Positions 23,292 to 33,575 of a stretch of DNA of 37,795 nucleotides are shown in pieces (positions within the stretch are counted from its first letter, which is position 1; the number at the start of each line of letters is the position of its first letter). The position numbers and the translations under genes were made by a program. Under the pieces are notes generated by a model. The model was not told where the DNA came from. It made no database searches and worked only from the letters and a program-made list of their open reading frames with translations. This DNA comes from Octopus bimaculoides (lineage: Eukaryota), in NCBI RefSeq assembly GCF_001194135.2, contig NC_068982.1, forward strand, positions 6,132,360-6,170,154. The letters run 5' to 3'.

Positions 23292-24259
23292 CAAAATCCT
23301 GTAAATATTGCGCATCTGCAACGGGAGTTGGACGCAATATACAGGTGGACTGAGGAGAACAGCAAGCAGTGTAATGCAGGAAAATTCCAAGCCTTGCAAA
23401 GCTGAACGACAAGCAAAGAGGATACACTGGATACAAGATATACAGGATACAGGAGGAATTGCAATCCCTGAACCAAAATCAGTGTATGACCTGGGCACCG
23501 GCATCAGCAATGATGCATCTTTCCAGGTGCATATTACCAATTTGGTAATAAAATCCAGAAGGCTAGCTGGATGAATCCTCCAAACTTTCAAAACAAGAGA
23601 AAAGGAGAAATGATAATCCTGTGGAGGGCATACGTTCTCAGCTGCTTGGACTCCTTCTTCCAACTATGGTGACTGCAAAATAAAAGATTAACAGCGGAAC
23701 TCGAAGCAATCCAACGAAGCTACACGTAAAAAATTGTCTCAATGCAACGTATCAGCTACTGGAAAAGACTGAAAGAGTTAAAACTTTTCTCCTTAGAACA
23801 AAGGCGGAAGATATGCAGCGATATACATCTGGAAAATCCTGGAAGGCCTAGTACCAAATTTTGGCATTGAAAGTTACAGAAACAGCAGAACGGGGTGCCA
23901 CTGCATAGTCCCAAAGATCCCAGCATCTCCATCAAAATACAAGACCAGATACTGCAACAGCTTGAGTTTCAAGGACGCACAGCTCTTCAATATCTTTCCA
24001 AAATCCCTGAGAGACCTGCATGGTGTGGATGTAGCTGTCTTCAAAACAAAACTGGCTGTCCTCCAGTCAAGGGTTTCAGATGAGCGTACCTCACCTCAGG
24101 AAAAACAGATGAAGGCAGCAGCATCAACATCTCTCATTCACCAAATTCAACATACCAGAGGAGGTTTCAAATAATGGTGTAGCACAGCCAACGATGGTGC
24201 CCCAGCATGACCACAGCTTTGAAGCTGAAACAATTTAAAGATTTAAAGAGTTAAAGATT

Positions 24260-24260
<1 letters not shown>
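23292..24260 (+). mobile_element. CR1/L2 (jockey-group) LINE 3' end, copy B, with an intact terminus
   Basis: LQRELDAIYRWTEENSKQCNAGKFQAL...DLGTGISNDASF...IWKILEGLVPNFGIESY...LFNIFPKSLRDLHGVDVAVFKTKL...AAASTSLIHQ...* (stop ends 24174), then a 3' stem-loop and an (ATTTAAAG)n tail. Confidence 0.9.
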
Positions 24261-24320
<60 letters not shown>

Positions 24321-24324
24321 TTAA

Positions 24325-24697
24325 GGGAGATCGGGCGAAAACGACCTTTCTCCAGCATGCTTAAAGTGCCAAAAACTCCAGCTAAAATATACACGTGGCT
24401 GAAAGCGAGCTAGTGAGAGAAAATTAAAAAGACCTCACGTTAATTTTGAATTGGTTGCAACTTCTGGATTAAAGCAAAAAATAATATTTTTCTTTCGTCA
24501 GCACAATACACGGATTGGGGAAATATAAGTCCAAATAACGGTACACGGCGTACAAAGCCAGTTCACACGTTTTATTTAATCTTCTCTCATTTGCCCGATT
24601 TCAGCCACGTGTATATTTTAGCTGGAGTTTTTGGTACTTTCTGGAGGTATCGGCATTTCAAGCATGCTGGGGATAGGTCGTTTTCGCTCTTGCTCCC
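24325..24697. mobile_element. Kolobok-like MITE (TTAA TSD, GG...CC termini, long TIRs)
   Basis: TTAA at 24321-24324 and 24698-24701, with termini GGGAG/CTCCC. TIRs are over 100 bp and include a perfect 36-bp inverted match (24369-24404 vs 24599-24634). TTAA with 5'-RR termini fits Kolobok rather than piggyBac (CCC...GGG). Confidence 0.75.
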
Positions 24698-24889
24698 TTA
24701 ATATAATTATTCACATATGTACATTATTATTAATTTAATGTATTAATTGCCTATAAATTTTTATAGCATGCTGACTACTTGATAATAACATTAACGTGAT
24801 TTTTATCTTTATATTCTTCTATGTGTGTGTGTATGTGAGTGTGGGTGAATGTGTGTGTGAGTGTGTGTGTATGTATATATATCTATGTG

Positions 24890-25098
24890 TCTGTGTCTGT
24901 TCCTCCATCACCTCTTGACAACCAGTGTTGATGTGTTTACGTCACCGTTATATTAGCGGTTCACCCAAAGCACCGGGAGAATAAGTATTAGGCTTAAAAA
25001 ATAAGTCCCCGAGTCGATCTGTTCGACTAAAACCTTTGACGGCAGTGCTCCAGCTTGGTCGCTGTCAAATGGCTGAAACAAGTAAGAGAATAAAAGAA
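24890..25098 (+). mobile_element. 3' half of the bipartite SINE, diverged
   Basis: cttgacaacc...ttagcggttc...gtcgatctgttcgactaaa...gtgctccagc...aaatggctgaaacaagtaag. Confidence 0.75.
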
Positions 25099-25284
25099 CA
25101 CACACACACCATACCACACTCACACACACACACCACACACACTACACACACCACATACACACCACATACACACCACACTCACATACCACACACACACACA
25201 CTTATATGTATGTGTATGTATGTACGCATGAATGTATGTATGCATGTATGTACGTATGTATGTATGTATGTATGTATGAGTTTG

Positions 25285-25535
25285 TCTTTGTGTTCGTCCC
25301 CTATCACGCTTGACCACTGCTGTTGGTTTGTTTATGTCCCATAGTTTAGTTGTTTATAAACGAGACAGATATACGAATCACACTTTAAGAGTAAATAAAA
25401 ACAAAAAATAAACAAACCAATACGCGCACGCGCACACACAACGAAGGACCGGGAGTCGGTTTATTCAACAAAACCCCTCCATGTTTGTGCCCCAGTATGG
25501 CCGCAGTCGTGCAATTGAAACAAGTAAAAAAATAA
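25285..25535 (+). mobile_element. 3' half of the bipartite SINE, degraded and internally replaced
   Basis: cgcttgacca...tgtttatgtccc at the start and gtgccccagtatggccgcagtc...tgaaacaagtaaaa at the end. Confidence 0.6.
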
Positions 25536-25539
25536 ACAA

Positions 25540-25922
25540 CACAGGAGTGGCTGTGTGGTAAGTAGCTTGCTTACCAAGCATATGATTCCGGGTTCAAGTT
25601 CCACTACATGGCACCTTGGGCAAGTGTCATTTACTATAGCCTTGGGCCGACCAAAGCCTTGTGAGTGGAAATGGTAGATGGAAACTGAAAGAAGCCCGTC
25701 GTATATATATAGGTATATGTTTGTGTGTCTGTGTGTGTCTCCCCAGCATCGTTTGACAAACGATGCTGGTGTGTTTACGTCCCCGTGGCCTAGCGGTTCG
25801 GCAAAAGAAACCGATAAAATAAGTACTAAGCTTACAAAGAATAAGTCCTGGAGTCGATTTGCTCGACTAAAGGCGGTACTCCAGCATGGCCACAGTCAAA
25901 TGACTGAAACAAATAAAAAGAA
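25540..25922 (+). mobile_element. Full-length bipartite SINE
   Basis: caggagtggctgtgtggtaag (A box), gggttcaagttcc (B box), CORE-like block, short (TG)n, and tail ccagcatggccacagtcaaatgactgaaac. Confidence 0.9.
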
Positions 25923-26449
25923 AATACAACCGCAAACATCATTTCTNNNNNNNNNNNNNNNNNNNNNNNNNNNNNNNNNNNNNNNNNNNNNNNNNNNNNN
26001 NNNNNNNNNNNNNNNNNNNNNNNNNNNNNNNNNNNNNNNNNNNNNNNNNNNNNNNNNNNNNNNNNNNNNNNNNNNNNNNNNNNNNNNNNNNNNNNNNNNN
26101 NNNNNNNNNNNNNNNNNNNNNNNNNNNNNNNNNNNNNNNNNNNNNNNNNNNNNNNNNNNNNNNNNNNNNNNNNNNNNNNNNNNNNNNNNNNNNNNNNNNN
26201 NNNNNNNNNNNNNNNNNNNNNNNNNNNNNNNNNNNNNNNNNNNNNNNNNNNNNNNNNNNNNNNNNNNNNNNNNNNNNNNNNNNNNNNNNNNNNNNNNNNN
26301 NNNNNNNNNNNNNNNNNNNNNNNNNNNNNNNNNNNNNNNNNNNNNNNNNNNNNNNNNNNNNNNNNNNNNNNNNNNNNNNNNNNNNNNNNNNNNNNNNNNN
26401 NNNNNNNNNNNNNNNNNNNNNNNNNNNNNNNNNNNNNNNNNNNNNNNNN

Positions 26450-26629
26450 GCGAAAGCGACGGACGAAGCTCCGTAGCTTTCAGCTCGAACAGGAGTACGT
26501 TGTGGCGAAAGCGACGGACGAAGCTCCATAGCTTTTAGCTCGAACGGGCGTACGTTCAGGCGAAAGCGACGGACGAAGCTCCGTAGCTTTCAGCTCGAAC
26601 GGGCGTACGTTCAGGCGAAAGCGACGGAC
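26450..26629. repeat. GC/CpG-rich 55-bp tandem array (3 full units plus a partial; probably continues into the gap)
   Basis: Units start at 26450, 26505, 26560 and 26615. Consensus GCGAAAGCGACGGACGAAGCTCCGTAGCTTTCAGCTCGAACGGGCGTACGTTCAG. Confidence 0.95.
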
Positions 26630-27100
26630 CGTGTACGACCCTTGCGCCACAGCTCTCGTAACGCGAAACGAACGGACGCACCTACCGTTCGTTTTCGCCA
26701 GGAAAACAAACAGGAAAAAAAATGGGTGACGCAGAAAGTAGAAGACCTATAAGTACAAAATTACTATTTAGAGTAAATACATCACTGTTATTAGAATTCT
26801 CCGTTGCACAAAAGTTCTCCTTTTATAAGGAAAACGATAAAAATTGAAGAATAAATTTTTAGAAATAGTGTCAGAGACAAGGGAAATAACTACGTCACTG
26901 TTACACAAGTTATTTCCCTTTACTAACTTCGTATTTAATGTTTTATATTTTGATTTTGACAATAAGTATTGTAATGAGAATTTTATTAATGACTGTTAGT
27001 CTTTTGATTGGCCCGAAATTAGAAAAAGACTAAGCAGATACTTTTACTTGTTGCAGTTATAAAAAGGTGGTCACGCGGGGACACCGTAGTAAAGGGTTTA
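26450..27100. mobile_element. Possible right arm of a piggyBac-like non-autonomous element carrying the 55-bp array
   Basis: Ends ...gtagtaaaGGG-ttta (GGG plus an imperfect TTAA) at 27094-27100, with internal hairpins at 26663-26698 and 26879-26920. The left end is not visible (gap). Confidence 0.3.
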
Positions 27101-27268
27101 GTCGGACATATCGATTCTAGTATTTATGATACCAGTGTGTTTTGTTGAACCGCTTGGTTAAGTAGATTGAAACAAGGCAACACCGGTTGCTAAATGATAG
27201 TATGGGACACACAAATTCACACACATTGATAGATACATACATAAATATATACGCACGTACGTACGTAC

Positions 27269-28310
27269 ATGATGGCTGCCCCATCGTTATCGAGTATGGC
27301 TATTGCACGAGACTTAACTGTTAACGGTGCTGTGATCGAACGTGACTTCTTAGCCCAGCTAAAGATCTACGATGTCCTGTACGGAATTGGTAGCTTAAAC
27401 CTTTGTCGGCAATAGCCGGCTGTAGTTGTAACTGGGCTTTATGTACCTTTGCATGTCGTTTAAGTCCTCCCGCCGAATTGCACTCCCTTCCACATGCCTG
27501 ACCGATATGATAAGTATGTAGCACAACCACCAGCGGCCTTGTTGTCAGTCATCTGTCTCGCTTTATGACTACGAAGATGACTCTTGAGTCCAGCTTTACT
27601 GAGGCACGGTCTTGTACAGACACTGCATGTCAGTGTCATAGGAAGACCCTTACCGTCTGGAAGTGCAACAGCGATGCCCTTCCTGACATCCCTCCTTACT
27701 TTCTCATGCGCAACTCGAGATTTCTGAAAAGTAGCTTTCCTCTCATACACAATCCTTCTCCACCTGCTACGGTCAATAGCTTTGCCCTCCCCTGTGTCAG
27801 GAGAAATGCTAGCATCTCTTAAGGAAACCTTCAACAACTCTTTATACCCCCTTTTTTTGGTTTATGTGAAGGTCGTTCTCCTTTAGCTAACTCTCCATAA
27901 AAACGTTGTTTTGTCATCCTTGAATCTTTCATCCTGACCAGATGACCACTCCATCTGAGCCTTTGCTTCAACACAAGAGCTTCTATACTTTCACATCGAG
28001 AGCTTTCCAATATCTCAAGATCACTGATGCNNNNNNNNNNNNNNNNNNNNNNNNNNNNNNNNNNNNNNNNNNNNNNNNNNNNNNNNNNNNNNNNNNNNNN
28101 NNNNNNNNNNNNNNNNNNNNNNNNNNNNNNNNNNNNNNNNNNNNNNNNNNNNNNNNNNNNNNNNNNNNNNNNNNNNNNNNNNNNNNNNNNNNNNNNNNNN
28201 GGCATAAAGAAGAGAAGAGAGTACACACGCCTTGTATACCTTTATCGCTGTCTTCCTGCATATGTCTCGCCGACTCCAGAGGTGCCAGATATGCAAATAT
28301 ATGCATGATA
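27269..28310 (-). mobile_element. RTE-clade LINE 3' fragment
   Basis: KTAIKVYKACVLSSLLYA (28200-28260), gap, then SDLEILESSRCESIEALVLKQRLRWSGHLVRMKDSRMTKQRFYGEL...DRSRWR. These are RTE LRW-GH-RM-R and DR-WR motifs. The 3' end reads gccatactcg...gcagccatcat. Confidence 0.9.
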
Positions 28311-28344
28311 ATACATACATAAAACAAAACATACAAATCTACAC

Positions 28345-28377
<33 letters not shown>

Positions 28378-29132
28378 CATGCATGCATACATACATACAC
28401 ACACACAAACATACATACATACATACATACATACATACACACATACATACGTATATACACATGTACGCACGTAGATGTGTTCTTGCGTGCATGCATACAT
28501 ACATACATGGATGTATGCATATATACATACATACGTACGTACATATGTAAATGAGTAGTATAAGATATGGATTCAGAAAATCCTGCAGCTTTCACAGTAA
28601 GTTCCTCGTCTGGACTTGGCTATCAATCCGCATAGTAATTAAGTACAAAATAGAGTGATGTAAATTTCTCGTGTAACTGAAAATCCAGAAAATCCTACCG
28701 ATAAAACTGTTCTTTGAGTGGTATATAAGTCAGGTGGTATGAGAGATGATAACTACGTAACGTCTATAGGATTACAACCTTTTCGCAGCTTCCTACGTGT
28801 AGTATTAATTTCAGTGTACAAGAAATTATGCAAACACGTTTGCATTAATATCATTGTACAATACAATTGCATATTCACAAATTAATGCAAATAAAGCAAA
28901 CTAGCTTATCAGATCACCATAACATCATAGTTACATGCACGGTTCATCTCTAAATTTACAAATAACATTCACTCTTTATACATACAATGTATGGAAGGCC
29001 TGAATTGAACAAAATTACATTGGTTTCGTCATTAAAAGGTGAATAATGCAACCGGTTGTCGAACGATGTCGGAAATGTCATAAGAAGGACTTTTCTCTCG
29101 AGTCTGTCGCAGCGCCTACCTTTCTAGTTTCT

Positions 29133-29176
29133 GTGGCTGAAGAGGAGATAACCATTCCGAAACACGTGCGTCCCAT
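29133..29176 (+). ncRNA. Type I hammerhead ribozyme with a canonical core and GUC cleavage triplet
   Basis: GTGG-CTGAAGA-GGAG(ataacca)TTCC-GAAA-C(acgtgc)GTC-CCAT. All core nucleotides are present; predicted cleavage is after C29172. Confidence 0.75.
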
Positions 29177-29324
29177 TGTCTGGTTAGGGAGTACTGTGAG
29201 CTGACTCGGTGTATTTACACCTGTCAGTCTACTGCAAGAAATTTTCTCCGTGGCAAAATGCAGTGAATGACTTTCTTATGCGTTCAAATATGCCTCAAGC
29301 ACATTTGAATTGGTTACAACATTG

Positions 29325-29386
<62 letters not shown>

Positions 29387-30006
29387 CTCTCTCTCTCTCT
29401 CTCTCTCTNNNNNNNNNNCACACACACACACACACACTCTCTCTCTCTCTCTCTCTCACACACATATGCAACATTTCATACACAAACTTTGGAAGCGATG
29501 AATGTGTTTGGTATTTTACAGACCAACAGTAAACTTCGAGCGTTGCTTAGCTCTGAAATCTGCAAAAAGATTGGAACACTAAAGACAGGCCCTTCTTACG
29601 ATAAACCATCATCATCCAATGACTGGCTGTGTTATTCTCGCCTGTAACACATACATACATACATTCATACATACATACATTCATACATACATGAATTCAT
29701 ATTCATACCAATTAAAAATGGAGCCCTATGTTTCGTTATTAAATGCTTAAATGGGAATCTGGATAAACTGGAATTTTTGAGGAAAAGAAATCGACCGGCT
29801 AATTCGTACATTACAGGCGCAATCTGTGAGTGGAACAGTAAAAATATGCAAGACTTTTCTCAAGTTTCAAATGTGAATTTGTCTGTGTTAACTACATCCC
29901 AAAGATGGAGCCTTGTATCTTTGTTGGAAACCGACTCCCTCCCTTCAGTGGAAGGTTTATAATAATTAAAAAAATATCAATTAGATTATAGTTGGAAGAT
30001 AACAGT

Positions 30007-30746
30007 TTAATCAAAGTAGCCAGCCTCGGCTTCAACCACGGTCAGAAGTCGGCTCTAGAAGTGGACACATGCGTTCTTCACTGTATCCTTGCGAAAAATT
30101 TCGACCACCTCTTTCATCTTGGCCACCAGCTCGGCGTTGGTACTGCAGGTAGAGTACTTGGTGCCTTTCTCAACTGCGCCCCACACATCGTAACGTATGG
30201 GATTGCAGTCAGGGGGATTAGGCGGTCAGAAATTGGAGCTGGTGAAGTCGTAGAAATTCTCTGACAACCACTTCTGTCTCTTTCCGGAGGTATTGCTGCC
30301 ACACGTCTAACCGCCCAGCATCAGCAGCCTCTCTAGCCGGGGTTTGACCACACTCTGCAGCAGCTTCACAACGTTATCTGTTCAAAGATGTGGGTATGGA
30401 CTCTGGTATTCCGAACGCCTGCTGTATTCCTTCCTGCTGGCTATGGTTTCATAGTCTCCGTTGCAGCTGTCCATCTCATATCTTACTGCTTTTATAATGT
30501 TAACAACAGCGACCTGCAGCCATAACGTCGGTATTTTGATACCGTGTGTGAACCATAATGATACAGGTAACTCTTTCCCAATATTCAGATGGTTTCCAGT
30601 CCTCTATGTCAGTTAACTATTTCTCAGCTACAACGTTTATCTGTATGCTCATGTTCACCAATGTCGTTGACTGTTCATTGACACAATAAACTGTTCCTGA
30701 AAAAAGGAAATATAAAAAAGTCGTCAAATTTACCCCGAACTCCCTG
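30007..30746 (-). mobile_element. Internally deleted Tc1/mariner element, maT (DD37D)-like
   Basis: Minus strand begins TA-CAGGGAGTTCGGGG (30746), with an ATG at 30556. The C-terminus reads QKWLSENFYDFTSSNF*PPN/PDCNP..DVWGAVEK...AELVAKMKEVV...SRL..VVEAEAGYFD* (WPPNSPDLNP-type motif). The second TIR is not clearly preserved. Confidence 0.82.
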
Positions 30747-30969
30747 TATATATAATCTCGTAGTGCTAATGCCATTTGACGACAATTTAATTGAATAATG
30801 CACCCAGCATACTTTCATTCACGGTGTACATCAAAGCGAAAACAGGTCCCATAAAATTCAAAATTTCCCTGGACAAATCTCTCCAAAAATCCTGGACTAA
30901 GCTTCTACAACCGGATAATAACTCTTTGCTAGAATGGGCCATGGTGCGCCATATATGACTAAAAGACTT

Positions 30970-30984
30970 CACCAGGTGGCGCTA
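30970..30984 (+). promoter_or_regulatory. Candidate CTCF-binding motif
   Basis: CACCAGGTGGCGCTA closely matches the CTCF core CCACYAGRKGGCRC. This is a motif match only. Confidence 0.4.
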
Positions 30985-31099
30985 TTAAGTTAAACATTAC
31001 CTGGGCCTGTACTGGCCGAAACTTATCAAAGTTATCTAAGTTTATGGTTGCGGTTTATATAAAACCTGGTGTAAAGTGAATGGGTTTGTGTTAGTTATA

Positions 31100-31489
31100 G
31101 TTTATAGTTTATGTTTTTGGTGTCTCCTATGAAAAGGGAGACATTATATTAAGTAGGTGTTATTTTAAGTATTTTCGTTTGGTGACCCAAATTTTAAGTC
31201 TTCTATGTATATCATAAGTATTTGTGTAGCTTCATGAAAGAGAACTGATACGATATCTGCTGTCACTGTCTGTAGAGTTTGAGAAAGTGGGTACAGGTTA
31301 CTAAGAGTGGCTGAGAGAAATGGCTTTTGATGACGATACATTCGTAGAATTATAAACTTTGGAAGTGTTGTCTTGTCACTAGAATTCGTGTCGTGTATTA
31401 AGGTGTTGAGCATTTTTTTGAACAGCGGGGAGTAGAGTTGAAAATTTTACTGATGTCTGAGGTAGTTAGAATGGTATTCGCGTGTGCTT

Positions 31490-31538
<49 letters not shown>

Positions 31539-31720
31539 CGCGCGTGTGTGTGTGAGTGTGTGTAAGGAGGAGTGAAACCGTAATGTAGCCTCTATATTAG
31601 TGAATAGTGTGGTGGTAGTGTGTAGTGGTCTAAATTCCTGTTGTGATGTATGCATTGTGTACGGGAGTTGTTGCTTTATCCACTGGATCACTAGCCATCT
31701 TTTATGAGTCAATAAGGATG
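31100..31720 (-). mobile_element. Heavily decayed L2-group LINE 3' portion split by a (GT)/(GC) microsatellite
   Basis: Patchy frames ITTG/RPLHTTTTLFTNI..LRFH and HLNTRH..DKTTLPKF resemble L2-type C-terminal motifs. Confidence 0.35.
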
Positions 31721-32346
31721 TTAAGAGAGACCACTGATACAGAAAATATCATGACATTAAGATTTGTTATATCTTATGTACTTTCTGTATAAAAATGATA
31801 TCTATTTTAATCTTTCTAGTTCTTGGTGGAAGATCAATAAACGTGTTCAGAGAAAATTGACATGAAAATAATAGCCTGCATAAGTGTTCTTATCAATTTT
31901 CTTATTCATTCTATCATGCTGACAACGACAGCTCTCTCCTCCTTAGGTGTTATTTTTGACTAATCAATATATATAATCAATCACAATATTGATGTTATTC
32001 TGAAAAATAATTCCCCGACTCTCTCATCACCATCATCAGGGTTCCATACTTTAGCTCAAACGAAATCTTCATCAGCAAGAATCTACTTTCAGATTTGCAT
32101 TGCGAGTTTGATGTTAGAGAAGGGAAAATATATTCCGTAGGTCATTTAGTTCAGGCTTTTTGGTTTTGATATCCTCTTCAGATAAAAGCTGTCCTCTTCA
32201 TGGGAAATGGGATGGTGCGATTATCATCGTCTCTTTCGGTAATTAGATCTGTAACTTCTCGCCTTTGTCACTGCTGTTGTTCGTAGACCTGTAACGAAGG
32301 ACGCACTAAGCGGGTCATCGAAATTTTTTGAATATTCAAATCTACA

Positions 32347-32835
32347 TAGGAGCAGGTATGGCTTCGGGTTCAGTCCCACTACGTGGCACCTTGAGTAAGG
32401 TGTCTTCTACTGTAGCTCCGGATCAATCAAAGCCTTGCGAGTGCCCGTCGTATGTGTGTGTGTGCGTACAGTGTGTGAGTGTGTGTGTGAGTGTGTGTGC
32501 GCATGCTTGCATGTGTGTGTGTGTGTGTGTGCGTGCGTGCGTGCGTATGTGTGTGTGCGCGTATATATGTGTATGTGTGTGTACGTATGTGCATGCGCAC
32601 GCGCATGTGTGTGTGTGTGCATATGTGTGTGTGTGCGCTATCAATCCCTTGACAACCGGTATTGGTTTATGTCATCCCCGTAACTAAGAGGTTCGACAAA
32701 AGAAACTGATAGAGTAAGTCCCAGGCAATAAAGAAAGTAGTGGGGGCCGATCTGTTCGATTACATCATCAGAGCAGTGATGCAGCGTGGCCGCAGTCCAA
32801 TGACTAATTTTAGTGAAAGGTAAAAGAAAGATTTA
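32347..32835 (+). mobile_element. Bipartite SINE with an internal deletion in the head and an expanded internal microsatellite
   Basis: gggttcagtcccactacgtggcaccttgagtaag..., (GT)n at 32450-32638, then cttgacaaccgg...gcagcgtggccgcagtccaatgact. Confidence 0.8.
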
Positions 32836-32984
32836 TCAAATCTGTGCGTTTTCATAGATGTGTGATCTTGGCGGCAATATTTACCTGCTATTTCTAGCAT
32901 GTCTTGAAGTGAAATGGCAGCATCTGAGAAATGCAAATGACTCGGGAACAGGACACAACAGCAGTTTTATATTATGCTGCTCTT

Positions 32985-33200
32985 GAGGCGGTCAGCTGGC
33001 AGAATCGTTAGGACGCCAGGCTGCTTAGCAGCATTTCATTAGTCTTTTACGTTCTGAGTTCGAAATCCACCGAGGTCATCTTTGCCTTTCATCCTTTCGG
33101 GATCGATAAAGTAAGAACTAGTTGAGCAACGGGGTCGGTGAAATCGACGTTATGATGTCCTTCGCCAAAATTGCTGGCCTTGTGCCAAAATTTGAATCAG
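32985..33200 (+). mobile_element. Meta-like SINE, older copy
   Basis: gaggcggtcagctggcagaatcgttag...gagttcgaaatcc...tttgcctttcatcctttcggg. Confidence 0.85.
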
Positions 33201-33215
33201 TATTATGCTGCACAT

Positions 33216-33434
33216 GAGGCGGCGAGCTGGCAGAAACGTTAGCACGCCGGGCGAAATGCTTAGCGGTATTTCGTCTGTCTTTACATTCTGAGTTCAAATT
33301 CCGCTAAGGTCAACTTTACTTTTCATTCTTTCGGGGGTCGATAAATTAAGTACCAGTTGCGTACTGGGGTCGATCTAATCGACTGCCCCCCCCACACCAA
33401 AATTTCGGGCCTTGTGCCTAATGTAGAAAAGATT
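33216..33434 (+). mobile_element. Meta-like SINE, younger copy, followed by a partial third copy (33435-33520)
   Basis: Close match to 9751-9965. The partial copy reads ctttcagggtcgatgaataagtaccggttggcactgg. Confidence 0.88.
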
Positions 33435-33575
33435 CTTTCAGGGTCGATGAATAAGTACCGGTTGGCACTGGAATCAATTTAATCGACTTAGCTCCTCTCT
33501 GCTGGTTTGTGTCAAAATTCTTAACCAATTTTATGCTCTCCTCTATGATATTAGATTTCTCCCAATCTCAAAATA

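Noticed and set aside
26450-26629. 55-bp array as a CRISPR array or hammerhead multimer
   Set aside because: The units are contiguous with no unique spacers and the context is eukaryotic. CGGACGA...CGAAC does not satisfy the CUGANGA/GAAA/UH core.
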